From NCBI GenBank assembly GCA_964291655.2, contig OZ219802.1, forward strand, positions 672,001 through 736,000: a stretch of DNA of 64,000 nucleotides, read 5' to 3'. Each line of letters begins with the position of its first letter. Within the stretch, counting starts at the first letter, position 1. Shown piece by piece: positions 11,175-19,380 of this stretch. The notes under the pieces were generated by a model, which was not told where the DNA came from, searched no databases, and saw only the letters and a program-made list of their open reading frames with translations. The stretch comes from Chloroflexota bacterium. Lineage in GTDB: Bacteria > Chloroflexota > UBA11872 > VXOZ01. Position numbers and translations under genes: made by a program.

Positions 11175-11411
11175 TTAGGTTACTTGTGCTAATTCCACAA
11201 CGTTGAACGGCACCTCGCGGGGATTCTCCGGCCCAACGTAAATCGCGTCCGTTGGGCAATAGATCTCGCACAATAAGCAAGACTGGCAGTCGTCCACGTA
11301 ACGGATGAAGGCTTTCTTCTTGTCATCCATGCGGAGAACGTCGAGAGGACAGACCTTCACGCAAAGGGTGCAGCCAATACACAGGTCTTCGTATACTTTT
11401 TCAATTGCCAC
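11175..11411 (-). CDS. 2x[4Fe-4S] ferredoxin (AsfB/AprB-like)
   Basis: CIGCTLCVKVCP and CQSCLLCEIYCP motifs. Confidence 0.92.
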   Translation of the reverse strand: MAIEKVYEDLCIGCTLCVKVCPLDVLRMDDKKKAFIRYVDDCQSCLLCEIYCPTDAIYVGPENPREVPFNVVELAQVT

Positions 11412-11551
11412 TACTAGATATCTCCACTACGCTCAATATGGGTCCGCGACGCGACCTTAGCCGCATGCCCAGACCCCGCATGCTACAAGTCACCTGGATT
11501 CGGTTAGTATTATCTTACCGCTAGTACGCCTAAACCCCCGTCCAACAAGCC

Positions 11552-11575
11552 GTAGCGCGGGGGCTTGTCCCCCGC
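11552..11575 (+). repeat. REP family B
   Basis: GTAGCGCGGGGGCTTGTCCCCCGC, identical at 14848-14871, 21541-21564 and 35425-35448. Confidence 0.88.
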
Positions 11576-11727
11576 TTCTTGGCAGGTTAGGTTTACACCA
11601 TCTAGGGCAGGGCGCATACCTTGTTATCCAAGATGCGTTTGTCAGCATTCTCAAGTCCACATAGTACCTTTTGCCGCGCCACTCTGGTTAGCAGGCCGCC
11701 CGGGCGACACTATCCACACTCAGAAAA

Positions 11728-13428
11728 CTACATCGCCGCAGGTTCGAGTATACCCAACTTCTGCAGCCGCTCGCGGGGAACTGCAGCATACCGGTAGGTC
11801 GGCTCATTGTCCGCATCCGGCTCTGCGATTATCCACCGCAGCCAGCCATTGTCGTCTCGCTGAGGATAGTCTTCACGGTAGTGCCACCCCCGGCTCTCCG
11901 TCCGCTTGAGCGCTGCCTCGTACATCAACGCCGTCGTCAATGCCGTCGCTTCCACTTCGTAGCACTTCACCAGCTCATGAAAGTCCGGCGCAAACAAGCG
12001 CGGCACCGCCTCCTGCTGCAATTCCCGTACGTGGGCGAACGCCCGCTGCATACGCTCACCGTGCCGAAAGATATTTACTTCCGTTGGCATGGCCTGGGTC
12101 TGCAGGTGACCGTAAACAACATCGGGGAGCAGGCCGTCCTCACGCTCCATGGGTCGCAGCGCCTCCGCCAGGGCATCCTCCGCTTTCGCAGCAGAAATCT
12201 CTTCCCCAGCAACGCCCTGTGCAAACTTCCCCGCGCCCTCACCCGCGGCAAAGCCGCTCGCGTTCGCCCAAGCGAGATTGAGAAACGTGATGCCGCTGGA
12301 TGCACCTACCACGTAGCCGCGTGTGGCCGCATCTCCCGCAACGTACAGACCCGGCACGCGAGTAGCTAGCGATGTATCAGTTATGTGGATTCCCGCAGAG
12401 CCCGATACGGAACCGTTGAATCCCGGATGCCATTGCGTGCGCTCAGCAAAGAGGTCCTGCCCGCTGCGACGGGCGAGTTCCGCGATGTGCTTGAAAGCGT
12501 GCAACCACATTTCTCGATCCGTGCCGGGGACTGCGGAGAGGTCAAGCTGAATCGGCCCGCGCCCAGCCCGAATTTCGGATGCCATACCGCGGGCGATGAC
12601 GTGTATTGCCGGGGGAACCTTATCCGAATACTTGCCGAGAAACGGTTCACCCTCTCCATTCAAGTACTTGCCGCCTATGGCAGCGAGAATGCATTGTCCA
12701 TGGCTATCAAAGCGGGTGTTGGTGGCAATGTAGCCATTGGCAAACTCCATATTCATTAGGGACGCGCCGGCGTCCCATGCGAGCTTATATGCCTCGCCAC
12801 AAAGCATGTCGTGGCCGAAATGCGTCCCTTTCCACGCACAGCCTCCTGCTGCCAGCACCACGGACTTTGCCTGAATCAGACAGAGCCGCTCATCCTGCCG
12901 CCGGATGCCCACCGCGCCGACAACTCGACCGTCCTGTACGAGAAGCTTCACGATTGCGGCATGATCGAGGATTTTCGCCTGCTTGGTGCGCAAGACTTGC
13001 TTGCGCATGAGTTTCATCAACTCGACGCTGTCCAAGCCAAGCCGCCAGACCGTCTCCCGTGAACCTACGTAGATGAGGCGGCGGTGAAGGGATCCGTCTT
13101 CATGGCGGTCAAAAGGGGCACCCCAGCCATCTAATTCCGTAATTCGCTCGTAGTTGGCCTGCACCAACCATTCCACCCACGCCGGATCTATAAGAAGCTC
13201 ACTCTCGCGGCAATGTTCCCGCACAAAGTCTGCGGGATCGTCATCCGGCGTCAGGTAGAGCACCACGCCACCCGCGAAGACGCTACAGCCGGACCCTCCC
13301 ACGAATCCCTTGTCCACCACTAACGCCCGGCTGCCCTGCCGCGTGGCCGCAATCGCAGCCCAGCAACCCGCCAACCCGCCGCCGATTACGAGGACATCGG
13401 TGGTGTAGATGTCATGTGGAACTTCCAT
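11728..13428 (-). CDS. FAD-dependent oxidoreductase of the succinate dehydrogenase/fumarate reductase/APS reductase flavoprotein family (AsfA-like)
   Basis: DVLVIGGGLAG, AKSVVLAAGG, NMEF, PGLYVAGD, RTESRG.HYREDYP; ATG 13428 preferred. Confidence 0.9.
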   Translation of the reverse strand: MEVPHDIYTTDVLVIGGGLAGCWAAIAATRQGSRALVVDKGFVGGSGCSVFAGGVVLYLTPDDDPADFVREHCRESELLIDPAWVEWLVQANYERITELDGWGAPFDRHEDGSLHRRLIYVGSRETVWRLGLDSVELMKLMRKQVLRTKQAKILDHAAIVKLLVQDGRVVGAVGIRRQDERLCLIQAKSVVLAAGGCAWKGTHFGHDMLCGEAYKLAWDAGASLMNMEFANGYIATNTRFDSHGQCILAAIGGKYLNGEGEPFLGKYSDKVPPAIHVIARGMASEIRAGRGPIQLDLSAVPGTDREMWLHAFKHIAELARRSGQDLFAERTQWHPGFNGSVSGSAGIHITDTSLATRVPGLYVAGDAATRGYVVGASSGITFLNLAWANASGFAAGEGAGKFAQGVAGEEISAAKAEDALAEALRPMEREDGLLPDVVYGHLQTQAMPTEVNIFRHGERMQRAFAHVRELQQEAVPRLFAPDFHELVKCYEVEATALTTALMYEAALKRTESRGWHYREDYPQRDDNGWLRWIIAEPDADNEPTYRYAAVPRERLQKLGILEPAAM

Positions 13429-13449
13429 TAAGACCCTCACCCTAGCCCT

Positions 13450-14714
13450 TGTACAGACTGGGCTGATAGGTAACAGGTGTTCGGGTTGATAGGTTACACA
13501 TTTTGTTCTCTGAGGTCTATGGTTTTGATGCGTTGTATTGAGAAGTGCACGTTCCAGATGCCGTCGGTTTGGGCAGGCCTGAGTGCGACCTGTTTGTGGG
13601 TGAAGGCCCTGCCCACACGGAGCCGTCTGCCCTGGAAGGAGATGCGACCGGAGACATCGACGCTGCGCACGTGGTCGTCAGGAGCGTAGTCGAGGGCAGG
13701 CAACGTCTCAGGGAAGGGGCGCGGACTAGGCGTGTATCTGGTGATGGGTGTGTCGAGATCGAGGGCATGATGGGGGCGTTCCAAGTTGTAGAAGTCGCGC
13801 CAGGTGTCGAAGGCGCCCTGGCAGTGCTCCAGGTCGGTGAAGCTGGTTCCTGCCAGCAGTTCGCTCTTGAGCGAGCGGTGGAAGCGTTCCAGCTTGCCGA
13901 GTGTCTGGGGATGATAGGGTCTACTGTGGAGCACGCTGATGCCCAGCTGCATGAGCCAGACGGTGAGGGGCGTAAAAGGCTGGGCACTGTCGTTGCCCCA
14001 GGGGGAGCCGTTATCCATGAGCATGGCCTGGGGCAGGCCGTAGCGCCGAAAGACAGTGGTGAGGCGGTCTTGAACCGTCTCTCCCCGCTCGTTGGCGCAG
14101 GCCTGTAAACCTAGGTTGAAGCGGGAATGATCGTCCAGGAGGGTAAGCGGATGGCAGCGGTTCTGCTGCATGACGAAATGTCCCTTGAAGTCCATCTGCC
14201 ACAGCTCGTTGGGCTGGGGTCGTTCGAAGCGCACATGGGGCGTGTGCTTGGCGCTCTGGGCTGGATCGATGAGCCCATGGCGTTTGAGAATGGCATTGAT
14301 GGTGCTCTTGGCCGGCACGTCGGTATGCCCCTGGTCCTGCAGCATTCTGCGCAGCACATGGGCGCCCTTCGTAGGATGCGCCAGACGCAGCGCGATGATG
14401 CGTTCCTCCATCGCCGGGCGCGTGCGGTGCGGACACGTGTGCGTGCGGTGCGAACGGTCACGCAGGCTCTGCGCTCCCCCCGACGCGTACCGCCGCAACC
14501 ACTTGTAGCCAGTCTTGCGGCTGATGTTGAACCGACCGCACAATTCGCTCATTCTCACCGCGCCACTATTGGCCAGAGCAATAAACTCTTCCCGGGCAGA
14601 CATAAGCGTTTCCACCTTCCACGACATGGTCATCCTCCCGCTGCAAGATTCTCCATGCCTATAGGTGTAACCTATCAACCCGAACAAGCGTTACCCATCA
14701 ACCCGGTCTATACA
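13450..14714 (-). mobile_element. Complete IS481-family element, 1265 bp
   Basis: TGT...ACA ends; 25-bp TIRs (TGTACAGACTGGGCTGATAGGTAAC vs TGTATAGACCGGGTTGATGGGTAAC); inner 22-bp inverted repeat TGTTCGGGTTGATAGGTTACAC; 6-bp target duplication AGCCCT at 13444-13449 and 14715-14720. Confidence 0.96.
13494..14627 (-). CDS. IS481-family DDE transposase
   Basis: N-terminal HTH (ISRKTGYKWLRRY), WQMDFKG, LDDHSRF, MDNG, HPQTLGKLERFH, YNLERPH; GGGAGG RBS. Confidence 0.96.
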   Translation of the reverse strand: MSWKVETLMSAREEFIALANSGAVRMSELCGRFNISRKTGYKWLRRYASGGAQSLRDRSHRTHTCPHRTRPAMEERIIALRLAHPTKGAHVLRRMLQDQGHTDVPAKSTINAILKRHGLIDPAQSAKHTPHVRFERPQPNELWQMDFKGHFVMQQNRCHPLTLLDDHSRFNLGLQACANERGETVQDRLTTVFRRYGLPQAMLMDNGSPWGNDSAQPFTPLTVWLMQLGISVLHSRPYHPQTLGKLERFHRSLKSELLAGTSFTDLEHCQGAFDTWRDFYNLERPHHALDLDTPITRYTPSPRPFPETLPALDYAPDDHVRSVDVSGRISFQGRRLRVGRAFTHKQVALRPAQTDGIWNVHFSIQRIKTIDLREQNV

Positions 14715-14847
14715 AGCCCTCTCCCAGAGGGAGAGGGGACAATCTCAGAGCTTAGTTATCTGCCAGAACCATCCGGAAACGGCAAATCGCGACCGGACTT
14801 GATTGCAATTCGCTTGCCAGAGCCAGCGAATTCTTCATTGACTACTT

Positions 14848-14871
14848 GTAGCGCGGGGGCTTGTCCCCCGC
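14848..14871 (+). repeat. REP family B
   Basis: Exact copy. Confidence 0.88.
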
Positions 14872-14911
14872 TCTTTAGCGCAACAATCAAACACCATCTC
14901 GGGCTAGGCGT

Positions 14912-15775
14912 TTAGCGTTCCTCCTGGTCCCACGAGACGTGTACGCGGAGCGAGCGGATGATCTGGTCCAACGCATAGCCGATGACGCCAATAATGAGAA
15001 TGACGGCCATGAGCTCACCGTAGTTGAAGCGGTCGCGCGTATCCAGAATGTAGTAGCCCAGGCCATCGGAAACGCCCAACATCTCCGCGGGAACCAAGAC
15101 GACCCAGGCGAGACCCACCGCCAAACGGAGCCCGGTAAGCATGTCCGGGACAATCGCAGGCAGGATGACCATGCGCACAAGCTTCCACTCGTTGGCGCCC
15201 AGGGTGCGCGCTGCCCGAATCCAGCGCTGGTCCAGACTGCTCACACCATGAGCCGAATTGATTATCATCGGCCACACCGCAGCAATGGCAATCAGGAAGA
15301 TGACGGGATTGCTCCCTACACCAAACGCGATAATCGCAATCGGCATCCAAGACAACGGCGAAATCATGCGGATGAACTGGAAGGCGAGCGTAGAAGCTCG
15401 TTCGGCCGTCCGGTAGTGGCCGATGATGACGCCAATCGGCACCCCAATTGCGACCGCTAGAGCCAATCCCAACCCAATGCGCTCTAAGCTTGCAACGATG
15501 TGGGAGTAAATGACACCGCTGACAAAGAAGCCCACGAGCTCGCGAAAGGCGTTGCGAGGTTGGAACGCCATCACGATGCCGGAGTCAGTCAGCAGACCGC
15601 CTGTAAGCACCTGCCAAAAGAGCAGGATGACGAGGAAGCCTATGACTGGTAGGCCTATGCGGCGTACTTGCACCCACCAACGGCTGGCAGCCGGCTCCGA
15701 AACGCTCCTCGCCGTCGCGGAGCCGGAGCGCTTTTCGTCGCGAGCGGGTTCGGCCAGCCGTCCTTCCGTGCGCAT
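14912..15775 (-). CDS. ABC transporter permease, TauC/SsuC/NrtB type
   Basis: SL.RI..G, ISPLSWMP, AARTLGA (EAA loop), VPAEMLG...GLGY. Confidence 0.92.
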   Translation of the reverse strand: MRTEGRLAEPARDEKRSGSATARSVSEPAASRWWVQVRRIGLPVIGFLVILLFWQVLTGGLLTDSGIVMAFQPRNAFRELVGFFVSGVIYSHIVASLERIGLGLALAVAIGVPIGVIIGHYRTAERASTLAFQFIRMISPLSWMPIAIIAFGVGSNPVIFLIAIAAVWPMIINSAHGVSSLDQRWIRAARTLGANEWKLVRMVILPAIVPDMLTGLRLAVGLAWVVLVPAEMLGVSDGLGYYILDTRDRFNYGELMAVILIIGVIGYALDQIIRSLRVHVSWDQEER

Positions 15776-15779
15776 GGCC

Positions 15780-17018
15780 TCACTCAATGCCGATGATCTC
15801 CTTGCGCTCGAACGCTTGCTCTTCCGCAATGTTGAACGCGGCAGGGCCGCCGGCGGCGTTATAGGCTTCTCTAACCAGCGTATACTCTACCAAATCTTCC
15901 GCCGCGTGATCGCCTGAGAGATCGCCCAAGAAGCTGGTGTCGCCTTCTACCTTCGTCTGCTTGATTTGATTTACAAGCTCTATGGTATAGGTCGGATACG
16001 GCCACGGCTGGAAGCCAATCCGTGACGCGCCCCACTCCGGATGGTGGATGGCATTCGTGCCCTGCGGGCCATAGGTCTCTAAATCGTACTTGCTCATGGC
16101 ACGTTCGATTACATTGGCGGCCTGCGGCAGGAGTCCACTGCCGTCCTTCGAAAGTAGCTGCGCCGTACCGGGAATGTCCTTGAGCGCCCCAAGCTGAGCT
16201 TTGGCAATGCTGTTCAGCACACGCTGCGCCCACTCTGGGTTCTCATTGATGTATTTCTCGCTCAGCACCGCCACGCAGCACGCATGGTCCTTCCAGATGT
16301 CACCCGTGAAGCGGATAATCTTCCCGTTTGCGAGCAACTCACCGGCAGCGTTGAATGGCTCCGCCACGATATAGCCGTCAATCGATCGGTTACCAAGCGC
16401 AGTCGGCATGTCCGGCGGCGCCATCACGAAGAGATTCACCTGATTGCCGGCGAGCTCTCGATTGCGGTCTTGAATGACGGCCTCTAGGTTATGGTGGCGC
16501 AGTGCCATCTGCAAGACGACATTGTGGATCGAATACCAGAACGGCACGGCAATTTGCTTGCCACCCAAGTCCTTGATGCTATCAATACCGCCCTCTTGAT
16601 GCACGGTCAGCGCCGAGCCATTGATGTGGTCCCAGGCAACCACTTTGACGGGAAAGCCTATGCCGTAGCGCATCCATACCGTCATCGGCATCAGAAAGTG
16701 CGCCACATTCACCTGGTCCGCCATGAACGCTTCGGCAAGCTGCGACCAGCCGCGGAAGAGCGCGGGTTTTTCAGCATTCAAGCCCTCATTGGCAAAGTAG
16801 TCGCCAGCATATCCAAGCGTAAGCGGCGTGGAGTCCGTAATCGGCAAGTAGCCAACTTTTACGGGTATGTCCGCAACCTTTGAGGGGCTCACCGGCCCGC
16901 CACTCGCGCTTTCTTCTTCGTCACCGCCGCAGGCGCCGAGCAGCGGACTGGCAACAGCGCCGAGAGCCACGGCGCCAAGCGTATTCAGGAATTGCGCCCG
17001 CGTAATCTGCTTTGACAT
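15780..17018 (-). CDS. ABC substrate-binding Tat-like lipoprotein, NrtA/CmpA/TauA-like
   Basis: TRAQFL...LLGAC signal; VGYLPITD, NGSALTV, AVPFWYSIHN, YIVAEPF, HACCV. Confidence 0.9.
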   Translation of the reverse strand: MSKQITRAQFLNTLGAVALGAVASPLLGACGGDEEESASGGPVSPSKVADIPVKVGYLPITDSTPLTLGYAGDYFANEGLNAEKPALFRGWSQLAEAFMADQVNVAHFLMPMTVWMRYGIGFPVKVVAWDHINGSALTVHQEGGIDSIKDLGGKQIAVPFWYSIHNVVLQMALRHHNLEAVIQDRNRELAGNQVNLFVMAPPDMPTALGNRSIDGYIVAEPFNAAGELLANGKIIRFTGDIWKDHACCVAVLSEKYINENPEWAQRVLNSIAKAQLGALKDIPGTAQLLSKDGSGLLPQAANVIERAMSKYDLETYGPQGTNAIHHPEWGASRIGFQPWPYPTYTIELVNQIKQTKVEGDTSFLGDLSGDHAAEDLVEYTLVREAYNAAGGPAAFNIAEEQAFERKEIIGIE

Positions 17019-17271
17019 TTTCAGTTCTCCCTTAGAGTGGGTCTGTGTCTATTCTTTATAACAAGAAAACTTCGTACTCTAGATCGCCCCGGTAGCTGCG
17101 GTCAGTGAACTCGCGACCTCCCGAACCAGAATTCCATTAGGTCACCTGCTCCCCAACGGACGTATTCTCCGGTGCATGACCGCAATAGTAGACTTACAAC
17201 AGAGTTCTTGGACAACTCCCTGATAGAGCTTGCGAGTAGGCTGAGGTGTGTACGGCATTATTTGAAAGTCC

Positions 17272-18087
17272 CTAGATGTGATAGTACTGTTCGCGTGTGT
17301 GCGCGAGATTGAACTCGGTAAAGACTTCCTCACGCAAGCGCACGAGCTGCGGGTCAACACGATCGCGCGGGTGAGCAATGGGCACCGGGATGATCCGCCG
17401 CAACTCGCCGGGATGCGCGGACATGATTGCCACACGATCGCCAACATATAACGCTTCGTCAATGTCATGCGTCACGAAAACAGTGGTCACGCGTTGCGCC
17501 TTTACGATGCGCACGATTTCCTCTTGCATTTCCATGCGCGTGAAAGCGTCGAGCGCGCCGAAGGGCTCATCCATAAGCAAGATCTCCACCTGATTGGCGA
17601 GCGCGCGCGCCAATGCGACGCGTTGCGCCATGCCACCGGAGAGCTGCGCCGGCCGCGCCCGTTCGAATCCCTGCAAGCGGGTGAGTGCCACCAGGTCCGC
17701 AACTATCGTCTGCTTGTCGCCCCTGAACCTGCGCGCGTCGAGACCGAAACGAATGTTCTCCTCGACCGTCAACCAAGGAAAGAGCGCATAGTCTTGAAAG
17801 ACCATGCCTCGTGTGTAATGCGGGCCTGCTACCGGTTCGCCCGCTACAGTGACGCTCCCGTGGGAAAGCTGATCTAGTCCCGCAACGATGTTAAGGAGCG
17901 TCGACTTGCCACACCCACTCGGCCCCAACACGCAGAGCAACTCGCCCTCATGCACAGAAAGGCTCACGTCCTGGAATGCCACCGTGTCGCCGTGCCGCGA
18001 GCCGAACACTTTTGAGGCGCCCTCGAGCACGATCCGTGCTTCTGGGGAGGAAACGTCGCCGACGTCTTGCGCTACTAATCTCGCCAC
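17272..18087 (-). CDS. ABC ATPase, TauB/SsuB/NrtD type
   Basis: GPSGCGKS, LSGGM, LLMDEPFGALD, FVTHDIDEA; GTG 18087 or TTG 18114 start. Confidence 0.93.
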   Translation of the reverse strand: MARLVAQDVGDVSSPEARIVLEGASKVFGSRHGDTVAFQDVSLSVHEGELLCVLGPSGCGKSTLLNIVAGLDQLSHGSVTVAGEPVAGPHYTRGMVFQDYALFPWLTVEENIRFGLDARRFRGDKQTIVADLVALTRLQGFERARPAQLSGGMAQRVALARALANQVEILLMDEPFGALDAFTRMEMQEEIVRIVKAQRVTTVFVTHDIDEALYVGDRVAIMSAHPGELRRIIPVPIAHPRDRVDPQLVRLREEVFTEFNLAHTREQYYHI

Positions 18088-18262
18088 TAGAACGCCCTGC
18101 TCTCGCTGCAACAACCACGAATGTACGCGTGCAATCTAAACTTTACTAAGTAACTTTATTTAGATAAGATATTAACTAAGTAGCATAGTGAGAAACCGAT
18201 GTCAAACTACACCGGTTCGTATAGAATGTATGCGGTAGCGTTTCACTTTCCGGAGGCTCTCG

Positions 18263-18619
18263 ATGGCGCAGCAAATTGATAGCGATATTCCCTTTGGCAC
18301 AGTCGACAGTGCGGAAGCCAAACAGATGATCGATAGCGGCGACTATCAGGTAATCGATGTGCGCATGCCCAACCAATTCGCCAAAGCGCACATTCCTGAT
18401 TCCACCTTGGCGCCGTTGCCCGAACTCTTGCAAAAGCCGTGGGAGTTCCTTGCCGAAGATAAGATTATCTTCGTATGCGAAGTCGGCCAGAGTAGCCAGG
18501 TTGCTTGCGAGATCGCCGCCGCCATGGGTTTGGAGGACCTCTACAACCTTGGACCCGGCATCGTTGGCTGGCAGCAAGACGGCTATCCGCTCGAGGAAGG
18601 CCTCCCTCAAGGGGGTTGA
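18263..18619 (+). CDS. Single-domain rhodanese (sulfurtransferase)
   Basis: IDVR...F...HIP, active-site loop CEVGQSS, YNL..GI.GW; GGAGG RBS. Confidence 0.88.
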   Translation: MAQQIDSDIPFGTVDSAEAKQMIDSGDYQVIDVRMPNQFAKAHIPDSTLAPLPELLQKPWEFLAEDKIIFVCEVGQSSQVACEIAAAMGLEDLYNLGPGIVGWQQDGYPLEEGLPQGG

Positions 18620-18766
18620 GCCTCTGTTGTAATTCCTCTGCTTGGGGTGGCAATGCCCATTTGAGAAGTGGTTTGGACCACGGCAAGTCTGCCAAATACG
18701 AATGGATTTTCTGTTGCCGATTCGCTGAATTGGCTGAGTAATGTAGATGTGAGACGAGGTGTACCC

Positions 18767-19006
18767 ATGAGCGGAAACACGCACATATCCAAATGGGGTA
18801 CCAGTCTAGCCATTCGCATTCCTAAGGCAATTGCGCAACAGTGGGGCGTTCGAGAGGGATCTGCAATCGAGATCATCTCGCGTGGCGATCACGTTGTCCT
18901 GCGCAAGGAGACCTATAACCTTACCGAAATGCTGGATCAGGTGACGGACGACAATCTCCACTCCGAACAGAATATCGGCCCGATCCAAGGCAATGAGGAA
19001 TGGTAG
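18767..19006 (+). CDS. mazE: AbrB/MazE antitoxin
   Basis: KWGTSLAIRIP...G..IEI...YNL.EML..VT..NLH.E...G...GNEEW. Confidence 0.9.
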   Translation: MSGNTHISKWGTSLAIRIPKAIAQQWGVREGSAIEIISRGDHVVLRKETYNLTEMLDQVTDDNLHSEQNIGPIQGNEEW

Positions 19007-19380
19007 GTGCTGACTATGTTCCTGCCAGAGGGGAGATTGTCTGGCTGCGCTTCACTCCTCAATCCGGGCGCGAACAGGCCGGTCACCGTCCCGTACTGGT
19101 TCTGAGCCCTGCGACCTACAACGAGAAAACCGGCCTTGCGCTGTCTTGCCCTATTGCGTCAACAGTCAAGGGATATTCCTTTGAAGTCGTTCTTCCCTCC
19201 ACAGGTGGGGTAACCGGCGTCGTGCGCGCCGATCAAGTCAAGAGCCTCAACTGGCGGGCAAGGCGTGCTCGCTTTGCGTGCCGGGCTACGCGGTCCCTGC
19301 CGAGAACGAGCTCAAGTCGTCAGCGAGGTCCTAGGCAAGATCAACGCGCTCTTACAGTAATGAACCCTGCAGGTTCATGA
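19000..19380 (+). pseudogene. mazF: MazF/PemK toxin, frameshifted C-terminus and catalytic Thr substituted
   Basis: YVP.RG.IVW..F.PQ.GREQAGHRP, DQVKSL.WRAR; native-like tail QVVSEVLGKINALLQ* (stop 19358-19360) lies in another frame. Confidence 0.75.

Noticed and set aside
11728-13428. Respiratory sdhA/frdA
   Set aside because: No covalent-FAD His motif and no SdhB/C/D neighbours; the partner is a small 2x[4Fe-4S] ferredoxin
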